Under the pieces are notes generated by a model. That model was not told the origin of the DNA. It was given only the letters and a program-made list of their open reading frames with translations, and did not search any database. 64,000 nucleotides of DNA, taken from NCBI RefSeq assembly GCF_009914755.1, contig NC_060933.1; one strand, given 5' to 3'. Positions within the stretch are counted from its first letter, which is position 1. Every line of letters starts with the position of its first letter. Positions 43,691-57,711 of this stretch are shown here, piece after piece. This stretch comes from the human T2T-CHM13v2.0 reference genome, Homo sapiens. The position numbers and the translations under genes are program-made.

Positions 43691-44983
43691 ATGGGGATGA
43701 TAATGACCGTCATGGGGATGATGATAAATAACCTTGGGTAAGTGACACAGTCTCTTTGCACCTCATTTGGTTTATAATATGTACACCATGGAACTGTATC
43801 AAGAATAAATACTGTAATTTATGGAAAAGAAGTTCCTGGCAGAAAGTATATTAATTTCCCCACTCTTTTGAAGAAACACCAATAAAATGATATTTTGGCT
43901 GTTTTTGTTGCTACAATGCATCATGTTTAAAAAACCATTAACGTCATAAATATTAAAATTTCTAGAGCACAACCACTGGAAAAAATAGAGGACTCACACC
44001 GTAAAATCCACTGATCTAGACAAAAGTGCTCATCTCTCCATTAGAGCAACGATTTTCTTGTGTGATTTATTGCACTGATTGGTGGTTCTGTGTCAGCCGG
44101 TCCTTTCTCGGAATTATACCTTGAGATGACATTTATCATGTCCCCTAAAATACACACTTACACACACAGATACACATCAATCTGTCATTTAGTACATTGC
44201 CATCATCCAAAAATAATTATTCTCTGGATGATGACTTGACTGGATATGAAAATGGATGGAAAATATCATAGAGTGAGGCATTTGATGGCAGATGCTTTTT
44301 CACTCTTTCAAAATGATGCTTTGCCGGGAAGCCAGCGGGACTTTTGGTATGATATTGGGGTGAAAGAGTTGCCTGGTGTTGCGTAGCTTCCCAATGGGGC
44401 GATCAAATCTCAGAACCCAAGCTCAGAACAGTAGCAGAGTGGCCCAATCACCACTATTTTTTTTTTAAGCTGGGTCCCTTGTCTCCCAAAAACCATTTAA
44501 TTGAGCAGTTCCTGGCAAGGTTACTCCAGCAAAGCACTGTCTACGTGTGGTAATTTCAAGGTTCCAGGAATTTAAGATAATGTTGGCAAAGCTACCATTA
44601 ATTTGAGGAGCAAGGGAAAGCAGTGTTGTAACAGTGATGCAAATGTGGGAAGAACTAGGAACAAAGGCCATCATGTTCAGGTCTCCCTTCCTTTCCACCT
44701 CCTTAGTCAAAGGCAGGGTGGGTGGAGAAGGTTCCAGTTTTCCCTGGAATGAATTGTCAAGACTTTCCCCTCCAGGCTTGAAACATGTTCCCCTCTGAGC
44801 CACTCAGCACTTGTCAAACCGGTCTTTACTTGAAAGACACACGGCATCAACATGAAGGTTGTCACATAAGTTCCCCTCTCCCCAGTTTCTGAGGGTTTTG
44901 AAAGATGTCACATCCTGCCTCTGGAGCCAGCAGAGCAGAGTCTGCAGCCAGTCCTGCAGGGGAAGCTGCCAGGGGGCCAGAGA

Positions 44984-45010
44984 CCCCCCCCCCCACCCCC
45001 ACCGCCCCCC
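44984..45010 (-). repeat. C-run tract (G-quadruplex/i-motif potential)
   Basis: C11-A-C5-A-CC-G-C6. Confidence 0.8.
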
Positions 45011-47234
45011 GCTCTGGAGAGGGTCCCTGGCTGGTTTCTGTAGAGCAAATGAAGGAGAAAACTACAGACAAGGCAGGTGAGGGGAGACAAAGCAGGCAAC
45101 AGGAGAAGTCAGTTTTATGGAGCTTGCAGACCTGAGCTCAAATATTAAAAATGCTTTCATCAGTCTTCTTAATCCAAAGAAATTCTTTTTGGCTTAGATG
45201 GGAGGAAAAATCAGTCCCTTAAGGGGAAAGCAAGAGGAGAAGGAGGTAATAAGGATGTGAGTCAGACGCAGGGAATTGCTGGCAAATGCATTCGTTTTGG
45301 GAGGCAGAGGAGGACTGTTTTCAAGCTGCTCTAACGTTACAGGCCACTGATAACACCCGCCTGCTTTTTATTGATTTCTCCCTTTAGTTATTAAAAGGTT
45401 TGATTCCATTAAGTGGGGGAAAGGTGAGGAAAAAAGAGCCATTTTTTTTTCATGCTTATTTTTTTCTCCTCTGGGGAATAAGCGGCACTTGGGCTCCAAA
45501 GCTGTGTTTTTCTTTGGGTTTTGCCTTTTAATAGGGGTTGAAGAAAGTGGTTATAGACATTTGAGGGGAAATAAAGCCTGTGGTTTATTAACAGGGCTGG
45601 TTTTAATCAGCAGTGATTTGACTAGGGTAACATTAGAGCTGCAACAATGATAGCTGATACTATGATTTTCTATGCTTTTAACCCCAGACTGAAGTCTTGT
45701 GGGTTCATGGACAGAATTCATTTGTTCCCCTGGCCAGGCTGTGGGGAGGAGTGTTCTGTGACAGCCTCAGGTAAGGGGAGGAGAGGGCTGGGGACTGGGG
45801 TAGATGCCTCAGGGGTTCTTCCCTGCTGGAATTCCAGCTGCTGGGAAGCAAGCTTCACAGATGGAGGGTTTTGAAGGACCAAAATGGAAGGTGGGTTTGG
45901 GACCCCATTTGGCCACTCTGTGTCTAGATCCAGATGGATAAATATTCATGAGCTTATCTTTCCAGACCTGAGGCAAAATCTCAGATCATGACACCTTACA
46001 CTCTTATTAGGAAAGTCAAGAAAGAATAGGCCACTTCCCAGGTGGAAGGCTGCTCTCAAGTGAAACCTAGTCTTGTCCTACCCAGGATGAAATCTTTCGG
46101 AACTTTCGCACCCAGCCCATTATTTACTATAGCCACTGCCAAATCACTGCTAACATCCCAACAAATTTGGGATAAAGATCAAACTCCTATATTAGTCACC
46201 AATTATGATTTGCCATCTCTGCAGCCAGCAGTAGCAACAGGATTTCTGGGAATGTTCTCTTTAAAAGTAAGACACTTTATTTTTCAGCATATTTTCTAAA
46301 AAAGGAGAAAAAGAAGATCAACATTTACCCGTGTCAACTACAAGACCTGCCTGCTTTGAAGATGAATAAGGTCATTTACAAAAGCTTATGGAGAGGCCCA
46401 TGAGTGCGGGGCTGATGGGGGGAGTGTGAGTGGATGGACTCAGCCCCCAACAGTCCTCTTGATTTTCTGTAACATTCTGTGTTCATGTGTTTACATATAT
46501 ACAAGCTACTCTTCCCAGCAGTAGAAGAGTGCTTGCTCTCTTGCTCTTGTTCTTCTGCTGTCTTGTTCTTGTTTCTTGTTCTCTTGTTGTTGTTCTCCCA
46601 ACTGAGAAGCACTGACCAATCCCCAGTCTCTCTCCCTTGGTGCCCCGTGTGAAAGGGGCAGGAAAACAGGAGATGGTGCCTGAGATGAGAACAGAACCAA
46701 TATGTGGTACAGGGAGGAATCTGAGAGGTCCCCTAGCTTGAAGTCAGAGTTAACTCACTCCACCCACCCCCCATCTCTTGCTTCCTCCTCCCCCTCCTCC
46801 CTGACCACATCCCCTCCTATCACTCTGCAGTGGCATCTCTTGAAGGAAGTGCTCACTTCACAGCAATAACTCCCTCTCGGCAGCTGCCCCTGCCCCTGAC
46901 TGCACGAGGTGACCTGCAGGAGCCAGGTCTTACCATCCTGGCTGAGGAGTGCATGCCCAGCTCTGGAGCAATAGATTGTCTGTCTCAGGAATATGAGATC
47001 CTGGGACTCACAGAGGGCAGGATTTGTTAGCGTGGAGTCCCATTAATGACAGTATTCTAGAGCAGTAGTTGCCAAGCATTTTTTTTTCCATTATGCTTGG
47101 GTGAAAAAAAAAATGGGACACATGTTCCTAATATGTTTATATTTATAGGTTATCTACATGTATTACTATTACTAGCTAATATCTCAAGACCTACTATATA
47201 CTTAAGGTTTTTAAAATGGAAGGTAAATATGGCC

Positions 47235-48348
47235 CAGTAGTAATGAGCACACTTAGCACCCAGATCTTAGTTTCTAATACTGTTCTCCAGTGAGGAGAAC
47301 CACAACTCACTGGACAAATGTGTGATCCTAGGATTGGGAAATGAAAGGAGCATCTTATAGTCCCCCAAATAAGGAATTGCCCAAACAATAACAAGAACAA
47401 TATCGTAATATTAATAATAATGGGGAATGTCAAAGGGACACAGGAGCCAACTGAAAGAGCTACCAATGGCCAAAGTTGGAACAATTTGGGCAAGAAAATA
47501 AATAAAATAGTATAGTGTCATAACCCAAAGTATAACATAAATATCCGTGAATTCACACAGATATAAGTAAGTGATTGAATAAATAAATGGGGGAGGAGAG
47601 CAAGTTTTATGTGCAGAAGGTTTCCAAATAATTTATGGAGATACTCTGCCATTGAAGAGGTGAAACATCCCTTCCCACTGATAAGGGTGGGCCACACATT
47701 GTGACTTCCTTCAAAAAGGTACGGTATGGAAAGGGGACGGGGAGAAAGAGCGGGTTTACTGGGTTTACAGTGGAGAAACCTGACAAGCAGTACCCCAGTC
47801 AGTGACCGAGGGCAACATCTACAGTGATAAGACACGCTGATAAGATACACCCTTGATAGAATGGCACTCAGGTCTTTCTCCCAAAACCCCCAAACCCAAA
47901 CTAATGATGAGAAAAACATCAGACCAATCCCAATTGAAGAACATTAGACAAAATACCTGACCAGTACCTCCCAAAATTGTCAAGGTCATCAAAAACAAGG
48001 AAAGTTTGAGAAGCAACCAAGAGGAATTGAGGAATAACAAGAAGACATGATTAAATGTAATGTGGTGTACTGGTTGTGAGCCTGGAACACAAAAAGGACA
48101 CTAGAGAAAAAAAAAAAACTAAGAACATTTGAATTAAGTATGGACTTCAGTTAATAATCTAAATAATTAGCTTTGGATAGTGTATCAGGATTGGTTCATT
48201 AACTATGACAAATGGTCCATACCAATGTAAGAAGTTAATAATGGGGGAAGTGAATATGGGATATATGAGAACTTCTTATACTATCTTCATAGTTTTTCAT
48301 GTAAATCTAAAACTATCCTAAAAACGAAGTTTATTATTTTAAAAAAAG
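47235..48348 (+). mobile_element. L1MC 3' end
   Basis: AGCACCCAGATCTTAGTTTCTAATAC..TACAGTGGAGAAACCTGACAA..GAAAAACATCAGAC..GTAAATCTAAAACTATCCTAAAA. Confidence 0.85.
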
Positions 48349-48377
48349 TAAATATGTTGTAAGAGTTGGGTTCAAAC

Positions 48378-48590
48378 ATGTGTCTTGGCCTTGGTACTAG
48401 TGACATTTGAGGCCGGATAATTGTCTGTTGTGGGAGGCCACCCTGTGCCTTGCAGGATGGCCAGTAGCATCCCTGGCCTGGACACACTAGAGAACAGTAG
48501 CACCTTCCCAGTTGTGACTACCAAAAGAGTCTCCAAATGTTGTCAAATGTCCCCTGGGGCACAAAAATCGCCCTCAATTGAAAACCACTT
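48378..48590 (-). mobile_element. MER20
   Basis: GCCGGATAATT..AGCATCCCTGGCCT..CCAGTTGTGACTACCAAAA..AAATGTCCCCTGGGG..TTGAAAACCACT. Confidence 0.9.
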
Positions 48591-49264
48591 GATTTAAACA
48601 AATAGTGGATTAGGTAGGAGGGCTGGTATGAGATTAACAGTGTGAGAACATTCTCACATATAAAAAGTGGCCACCCTAATTTTGACGACTACATGTGTGT
48701 TTGCTTGTGCATGTGTGTGCACTTATTTCTTTATCTATTATCTCTCACCTTCCCTGTTCATTTATTTCATTATTAGTTGAATTAGAGGAAATGACCAGCT
48801 GAGAAATTATGATTCTTTATGTTGTATGGAGCTGGTGCAGAGTATGAAGTAACAGCTTCATAAAAGTAAGGAAGAACAAACAGCAGAAGACGTCAGGAAT
48901 GTGAAAAGCAGAGAAAACAAAAAGTGGAACCAGGAATCTCTAAGGGTCTAATAGTGGATGGTGATACCTCGTGCTTGTGAGAGGAGCTCTTGTATCGCCT
49001 CCCATTAAACTCAAACAAATATTAATAGAGCACTTGGCTAAACCAGGCACATGCTATGCACTGTATAACCCTCTTTCATGTGGCCCGTGCATCTCCATTC
49101 CCAGACTCATCCTTCCCTCAGCATCCTCATGATGCTATCGGGCAGTCTAGGACAGACAGGCCTAGGCTCCACAATTGGGTCTGACTCCTCAGAGAAAAGC
49201 CAAATGCTCAGGCCGTTCCCTGACAGTAAAAACCTCTAAGGTTCCTTTTCTCTGGCCTCTGCTG

Positions 49265-49308
49265 TACACACACACATGTGCGTGTACACACACACACACA
49301 CACACACA
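49265..49308. repeat. Compound (CA)n/(TG)n microsatellite
   Basis: ACACACACACATGTGCGTGTACACACACACACACACACACACA. Confidence 0.9.
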
Positions 49309-49325
49309 TTATAAAACTGCTTTTA

Positions 49326-49614
<289 letters not shown>

Positions 49615-50269
49615 ATTGCTTTATATTTATATTACTACATATATGTTCAAATTATACACGTTTGCATCTATATTTAATTTGATAAACTACAAGAGTTCCC
49701 CTGTCCTACTAAATCCTATCTTTCCTTAAAGATCCCAATCAAATGTCATTTTTAGGAACCATTCCTTGATTTTCCCAATCAGGAGTAGTTTCTTTTTCCT
49801 GCACACTTTCATAACTTTCCCAGTGGTCTGACAAAGGTACTGATAGCCTGCATATCTTTTTCCTAATAGACTGCACACTGCCTTTGTGACTGGAGTGCCA
49901 TTATCATCATCATCATCATTTTAATCTTTGTATTCTCTGCCAACCCAGTGCTCCAAAACTTGTTATATAAATCAAAACCTATGTATAAATTATCTTTAAT
50001 AAATTAGTGTATTACTCTTTATCCTGTTGACATTCTTCAAGTTCAGTAGGAACTTTTTGGAATAGCACAATACTGAACTTAAAAGAACAGAGTGGGCATT
50101 TAAGGTACGAGGCCAGGGTAGTCATATCCATTAGGAGGAGACATTATTTCTGACTCCAAATCCCATCCTGCCAGTGGAGTCCTAATCTGCTATGCCTGAA
50201 ACCTGCTTTGACCTTGATCCTGAATACATGGGGATCAAGGTTGAAGAACTGATTTCTTATAGAAAATAC

Positions 50270-50762
50270 TTTTGGAACTTTTCTGTGTAATAAACCACCC
50301 CCAAAAGTAGTGATTTTAAATGACAATGAAATACTGTTTTTCAAGATGCTGTAGGTTGGTGGCACAGTTCCTCTGCTGGTTTTTCCTGCGGCTCACTTAT
50401 GTGGCTGCACTCGTCTTGGGAGCCAGCTGGGCCAGAGGGCTCAAGATGGCCTCCCACACAAGATTGGCAGGTGGTGCTGGCTCTTGGCCTGGATGCCTGG
50501 ATTCTCCTCCACGTAGCCTCTCATCCTCCAGGAGGCTGGACAAGCTTCCTTACATAGCAGTCTCAAGGTTGCTTTCCAAGATGGCAAGAACAGAAGCTAC
50601 AAGGCCTCTTTAGGCCAAGGCTCAAGAATTTATACAACATTAATTTCACTACATTCTATTTGTCAAAAGCCAGTCACAGGGCAGCCCAGAATGAAAAGAT
50701 GGGGATGCTCTGCTCAATGGGAGGAGCAGCAAAGGCTTTATGGGCTTGTGTCATCTACTTCA
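50270..50762 (-). mobile_element. MLT1H-like MaLR LTR
   Basis: CTGTGTAATAAACCACCCCCAAAA..CAAGATGGCCTC..AGAAGCTACAAGGCCTCTT..CATTCTATTTGTCAAAAG..TCACAGGGCAGCCCAGA. Confidence 0.8.
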
Positions 50763-51122
50763 TGCAGCAATGAAGCATCTCCTTGATGCAGATCCTGGGG
50801 TTACTCCTGGGAACTTGGCAGAAGTCCTGTACTTATTCTGCTCTCAAAGGGACAGAGGTAGAAGTATAAATGTCTGACTGATATCCTTGAAGACGTCTCT
50901 TTTTGCCTGGAGATGGGAGAATTTGACCTGTCTCATCTATGAAGAAGAGTCCTATCTTGGCTGACCACAAATTTCAGGAAAACTAACCACTTACCACTTG
51001 CCACTCTAAAAATGGCAAGATACTGCTCAAATTTTGGAATAATTTCTTGCAAGTGGTAATAACTTCATAAAGGTTGATATTTTACGCCTGGGAATATGAA
51101 GTAACTAAAATAACATTATCAT

Positions 51123-51478
51123 TGTAATAGTCTGTTCTCACGCTGCTAATAAAGACATACCCAAGACTGGGTAATTTATAAAGGAAAGAGGTTTAATGGA
51201 TTCACAATTCCAGATGGCTGAGGAGGCCTCACAGTCATGGCAGAAGGCAAAGGAGAAGAAAAGGCACATCATACATGGTGGCGGACAAGAGAGTGTGTGC
51301 AGGGTAACTGTCCTTTATAAAATCACCAGATTTCATGAGACTTATTCACTACCACGAGAACAGTATGGGGGAAACAGCCTCTATGATTCAACTATCTCCG
51401 CCTGGTCACGCCCTTGACATGTGGGGATTATTACTATTCAAGGTGAAATTTGGGTGGGGACACAGCCAAACCGTATCA
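51123..51478 (-). mobile_element. THE1 (B/C-type) MaLR solo LTR
   Basis: TGTAATAGTCTGTTCTCACGCTGCTAATAAAGACATACCC ... GGGTGGGGACACAGCCAAACCGTATCA; 5-bp TSD ATCAT/ATTAT. Confidence 0.95.
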
Positions 51479-51784
51479 ATTATAAAACTGCATTTCTGAA
51501 ACACTGAGCCTGAGAGGAATTTAGACGTGAGAAAGGGAAGCTTTTATCATTCATAGTAAGTTGAGCAGTTTCCCCCAAGTATAGTCTTTTCTCTGCCCCA
51601 ACAGTTGGTAGTAAGAGTGAGTATGGTGCAGTGAATTCCCTGGTCATCCCCTTCCACTCAGATATGAGGGAGCGTTTTCCATAGCATCCCTTAGCACAGT
51701 CAGGGAAAGGGACGTGGTGGTGAGTTCACCCAGCCCCTCATTCAAGGCTCACAGCCGTACTCCCAGGGAGGAATTAGCATCGCA

Positions 51785-51880
51785 CAGCAGAGGAAATGGA
51801 GTTCTGAGAGGTTAGGGAATTGTCCAAGGTCTCACAGCTTGTAATTATTGGAACTGGAATTTATGCTCCATTTCAGGTCT
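51785..51880 (-). mobile_element. MIR core
   Basis: GAGGAAATGGAGTTCTGAGAGGTTAGGGAATTGTCCAAGGTCTCACAGCT. Confidence 0.7.
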
Positions 51881-52728
51881 TTCTGAAGCTAAACTCACCA
51901 CCACCACTTCATTTCCCAGGAGGATGTGAACAAAGACTCTGCCAGATTGATCATGACTTGGGTGAAAGAATATAAGAAAACAAGGACTTAAGAGAAAAGA
52001 AGCATAGAGAGTTAAGTATTGGGGGGAATTCTTGAGATGGCTTAGAAGCACAATGTTACTTAATCCCTACCTGTATAAGAAAGGTCCAACAAAGAATAAT
52101 TAATAAAGATGAGAGAGAGAGAGGACTGCAGGCCAAAAGTGTGTGTTCTGGCCTTCAACAATGTCTCCTTGACCAAAAGTCATTTCACATTGGCCGAGGA
52201 GGAGTTCAAAACACTCTCCGGTGTGCTGTCCAGGCCAGCCTTGGCTTTCCAGCCAAGTATGTGATATGGGTAGGGGAGTTTAGGGTGACCCTGGGAAAAG
52301 CTATTGGCTTATGGAATAATTCCATTTTCTCTGGCATTGCATGGGAAATTAATTGTCTTTTCAAGTAAGATCCTGTGCTTTGCAGGGTACATATCACATA
52401 TACATATATATCTGTGAAAAATCTATTGAGATATTAGTTTTGTCTTGTTTTCACTCTTTCAAAAGAGAAAGACTGAGATGAGAAGGAGTGAGGGATGCCC
52501 TCCCCACAGAACCCTGGGAGGGAGCAGGGCCTTGGAGTAGGTGTCTAGGGGCTGTCTAGGGACTGATCTCCAATGTCGAAGCCCAGCCTGGCGCTGAGTT
52601 CCATACCTTGAGAAGTGTGGTATTTATATACATTTTGGACCTGTTGTGTGTGTGTTAGTGACTGACCCATGATAAAGGAAGAGCTCACTCAACAGTGGGC
52701 TTAGTCAAAGAAGGTGTGGTAGAATTCA

Positions 52729-53010
<282 letters not shown>

Positions 53011-53860
53011 GAGTCCATGTCTCTCAACACACACGAAGGGCCAGGATAACCAGGGATTCTTCCAGAATGTGATGGAGGAGAGAAAGGAGCCTACAAATAC
53101 TGATGCCAGATGTTCTGCTAGTCAGATAGATAAAGACTGGGAACCAGATTTGCCTGATCTGGAAGAATGAAGGTAGTACATCTCTCATACTCAAGTGTTG
53201 TGGGGCTAATTCATACTTAGTATATACATTTATGGAAATACACTTTCTTGCAGTATTTTCTGGTTATTGCATGTTCTTCAATCTTACTTCTCCTGCTAAG
53301 TTCTTGGGGAGGGAGAGATCATTTTTTATATTTGCGTCTTCCTTAGTTCTAGGTTTACAACAGCCGCCATAACAGACATGTGTTGCTTTTGATGCTTGCA
53401 GCATATCTGAAGCTTATTAAAGCTTATTAAAAGAGTCTTAATTTTCTAACTATTTTAACAAGAGGAACCAATCCAATGGCACAGCTGAGGGAGACCCTGC
53501 TTGTCCCAGAAGCTGGCATGTGGATCTCAACCCTGATACATATTTAGGGTGGCAAGTGTCTTGATGCTCATTCTGGGGAGAAGCCAGCTGACTCACCCAG
53601 CTGTCCTGTCTCTGTGAGTCTCGCGATCGCAGGGAGAGATTTTGTCCAGTGTTTGCCTTTAGAAAACACACTGCCTTGTCAGCAATCTCTTCCTAGTGCC
53701 TTCCTCCATGGCAGCTATGTCTGATGATCCCATTCTGCTGAAATCAGTACCCATTCCCTTCTAGATTAAGATTTGGGGGAGAACTTCCTTTGCCATGTAA
53801 GGGCAATATGCGTTCAGTTACATTTGCAGTTAGACTGACATGTTCAGTGTCTCTCTATAG

Positions 53861-53919
53861 GGCTGATGGGGCTGGCTGCTGCTGTTTTCATTTATATAAA
53901 GGGGATGATGAATGCTCAG
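53861..53919 (+). other. Candidate small exon (59 nt)
   Basis: Branch-like CTGAC, GTCTCTCTATAG| acceptor, consensus CAG|GTGAGT donor; motif evidence only. Confidence 0.25.
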
Positions 53920-54807
53920 GTGAGTGCAGGCAGATCACGACTCCTCAGGTTTTCAGAGGCCACATTTTCAGAGCCACCACTGAGAAGCTGCAGCTGTCAA
54001 ACTGCGCCACTCAGGGTGATAACCTGCATTCTCCTTATTCTCCAGTGTGAGTGAGCGTGTATGTGTGTGTGAGCCCACAGTCCTTTCCCCACCTGCTTAG
54101 AAAGTACTTAATAGGTGGAGATGTAGAATTCTGAAGACAAAGGTTTGTAACAAGTTCATAGAGGCTGAATGTTTCTTTAACAGAGCTGATACTATCATAG
54201 GAAAGCCTGGGCTTTTTCATTTGTGAAATGAGAAAGTAGGATAGTTTAGTTATCAGGCTGTGTTCTTGAAAATAAATATTGTTACATTTCTAAGTACGTA
54301 ATATACATTTATTATAGAAAATTTAGGCGAACCAAAAAATACAAAAGAAAAAATCACCTATAACTCTATAACTTTAATGTTTGTATGTAACATTAAAATA
54401 AATACGGATCTATAACCTAGGCAGAGTATACAATATGATGTGATTTTTAATAAAGTATAAAACATTATATTGAATTAAATATAATATGTGATATGTAACT
54501 ACTATAAAATATTATGTTGCATTATATATTTTTCCCACAAAATTGGAATATATATATATATAGTATATTGCAACTTAATGGTATATATGTTCAGACTCTT
54601 AAATGTGAATGAGTAAATGTTTGATGAAAGAATAAATAAATGAACTCATACATTAAATGAACAAGTGCATAGAAACGTTAATTTTTCTTCTGGCAGGGGA
54701 GGACTTACAAGTTTTCTAAATATTTTAAATGAAAGGAAATCTGAGAGATTTAGACTAACTTCCTTATAATGGGATATTATTCCCTTCATCCTGACCCTGT
54801 CCCTATA

Positions 54808-54811
<4 letters not shown>

Positions 54812-54849
<38 letters not shown>
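54812..54849. repeat. (CA)n microsatellite
   Basis: About 15 perfect CA units preceded by CATA interruptions. Confidence 0.95.
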
Positions 54850-54851
<2 letters not shown>

Positions 54852-55221
54852 GTCACCACATATTGTTTCCCTAATCATATAAATCATTCATGTGGAAAGC
54901 CCTCATGTATTCCAGATATTTCAACATTGTTTATGTTGGGCTGAATTTAGGTGTTATCTTTCTTTCCTCACTTTTTCTTTTTGGCATCCAAATACTTCTC
55001 TTTAGAGATAAGCTATTATTCAACAAATAGAGCTTCAAATAAAAACCTGCCCAGTTATTCTAAGGTCAACTGCCTCTGACTCAAGCAGTTGCTAAATTGT
55101 TTTGAGACTGGAGCTGTACTCCTCAGTCTTCCAAACATTGCAGAAAGAGGAAAAATGGAAAAACAAACGTAAGGCAGAAAAGATGGGAGAAGAGTAAATC
55201 AAATCTCATTTGCCTCTGCTC

Positions 55222-55495
55222 CAGTGTTGTTTAGAGGTGAAGAAGAGGGTTCTGATGTCAGAGAGATCTGACTTGAATCCTGACATTGCCACACTTAGCC
55301 ATGTGACCTTGAACATTTATTTATTTTGGCCTCTTAAAGTTCTAGTTTTCTCATTAATAAGATGGGGATAATAGCAGTCCTATTTTATAAGATTAGTGTG
55401 AGGATTAAACAAGATAATATGTACAGTACTTAGAACAAGGACTTTTAAAGACTAGGTGCTAAATACTAAGCAACTATAATTTTAATATTATTATT
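55222..55495 (+). mobile_element. MIR, near full length
   Basis: TTGAATCCTGACATTGCCAC..CCATGTGACCTTG..GATGGGGATAATAG..GTGAGGATTAAACAAGATAAT. Confidence 0.8.
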
Positions 55496-57126
55496 TTTAG
55501 GTCTTTCTTAATGTTGATATTATCAGGCAAGCTTTGACCTTGAAACTAAAGAATTGTAGAGGGAGCCACAAAATTCACTGTAAATTTCATTCTCAAAACT
55601 ATTTAAGTGTTTTTCTTGTATCTTTAAAATGAATACTAACATGGATCACATCTCTAAGGGACTGGTGGGAAGCAGTCAATTTTCTGCTCATAAAAGGAAC
55701 CTAATACTGTTAAAAAAAATAAGTACTCACTCAGACCTGCCTAGGATAATTATAAGGGCATGCCACAATCCATAGTGCTATATTGTCTCTTGATTTCAGT
55801 ACCCTATCCAGATTATAAATTAAGGCCTCTGATCTTGGTTGGAGAATTACCCCATGCAGTTAATATTGCTTCTTGAGAGTGGCTGTAAATGAAAATCCAG
55901 TTCTGTTAAAGATTCAGTTGCAAAACAGAATGTCAAAGCTGATGAGGTATGATGTTGTCATGGGATTGGGGTTTAGCACCGTGAAACTGATCATCCATGA
56001 GTCATTTTTTGGCTCCAATATGGGTGCACCTCCAGGGAACAGTAATGGGATTTACAAGTATCCTGGCAGCCATCTGATTGCTGTGTGTTCTGCCCAAACT
56101 GCACAAACTGTGAGATGAGGACGAATGAACCCAAGAGGGAATTGCATTTCATGGATTAATTCTTTCTGGCATTTTCAAGGTATCAGGGCTTGAGAGAACA
56201 CTGTGTTGATTAGCATTTGGTGTTAAACAGGGTGGGGACGAGAAGACAGGAGGACATATGGTATTTCCCTTCCTACTTCTAGGAAGATGTCTAGCTGGCC
56301 CAGAGGGCTCACCAGCAGTTGGTGAGAGAGGCTCGGGCACAAGAGTAGTGGGGAAAAAGAGAAATCTCTGAAGAGTTGACAGGGATACGAAACAGACAAT
56401 AGAGCCAACGAGGAAAGAGACTGAGGCCAGCACCCTGAGCATGTCCATTGCGAGGGCACATTTTATGGCTCCCGTGAAATGTGGTCTGCAGCATCTCACT
56501 AAGCCATCTGCAGCAAATGAGGCTACAGTTTCCCTGCGGACTGTGTTGAATCCGAACTGAATGTGGCAGTGCATTTTCTTTGCTCAGTTGTCCTCCTTCT
56601 TGTATGTGTACATTGTCCCCTTGGCCATCTTGGTCTTCTCTCTTCAGCCTGCCAGAAATGACGTTCTTGGTCACAGAGGCTCCAGTGTACTTTTATCAGT
56701 GTGACTCTTCCCACAGTGGGCACGACAGAGTCCCCTGGGTTCTGTCCTTTTCCTACACTCTCATGGGAATTATGAATGGGATGAGTTCATTGCTTGAATA
56801 GGAAGGCTGTTTCTTCATGGGCATACATGTATCTATTAGCACTCTAGTGACATGTTAATTGATAGGAAATGACATATGCATTGAAGAAGGATGGCTGACC
56901 AGTCAGATAGACATCCTCTAAGTCTGGTGTGAGAGCCACTGATTTCTACCAGGGCTTTCCTGTGTGCCTTCCCCGGTGAGCCACTTAACTTCTCTGGATC
57001 TCAGTTTCTGGAGGCAGTTGGTTAAGCTTTTGTACCTTTAAGCTCAAATTTTCATTGCTGGTTGTTTGATATTGTTTGTGCGTGTTTTTGTATATGTGTG
57101 TGGAAAGACAGATAAATATAAATACA

Positions 57127-57711
57127 TGTACTAGTCAGAGCTCTCCAGAAGGATAGAACAAACAGGATATATGTATATATAAAAGGGAGTTTATTAGGGA
57201 GAATTGGCTCACATAATTACAAGCTGAAGTCCCATAATAGGCTGCCTGCAAGCTAGGGAAAGAGAAAAGCCAGTAGTGGCTCAGTCCAAGCCCGAAAGCC
57301 TCAAAATCCGGGAAGCCAACAGTGCATCCTTCAGTCTGTGGCTGGAGGCCCAAAGCTCCCTGGGCAGCCGTCAGTGCAAGTTCCAGAGCCCTAAGGCCAA
57401 AGAACCTGGAGTCTGATGTCCAACAGGAGGAGGAGGAGAAGCAGGCGTCTGGCATGGGAAGAAGAAAGAGAGCCAGAAGACTCAGCAAGCACATTTATCC
57501 ATCTTCTTCCACCCGCCCTGTTCTAGCTGCACTGGCAGCTGACTGGATAGTGCCCATCCACATTACGCACCCTCTCCCTCTCCCAGTCCACTGACTCAAA
57601 TGTCAATCTCCTCTGGCAACACCCTCACAAACACACCCAGAAACAACACTTCACCAGCCCTCTAGGCGTCCCTCAACCCAGTCAAGTTGACACCTAAAAT
57701 TAACCATCCCA
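57127..57711 (-). mobile_element. MLT2B (HERV-L) solo LTR
   Basis: TGTACTAGTCAGAGCTCTCCAGA ... CCAGTCAAGTTGACACCTAAAATTAACCATC. Confidence 0.92.

Noticed and set aside
56149-56801. Cluster of overlapping ORFs in unique sequence
   Set aside because: No recognisable protein and no consistent exon structure that I can support; could be lncRNA or regulatory DNA, but the sequence alone does not show it.
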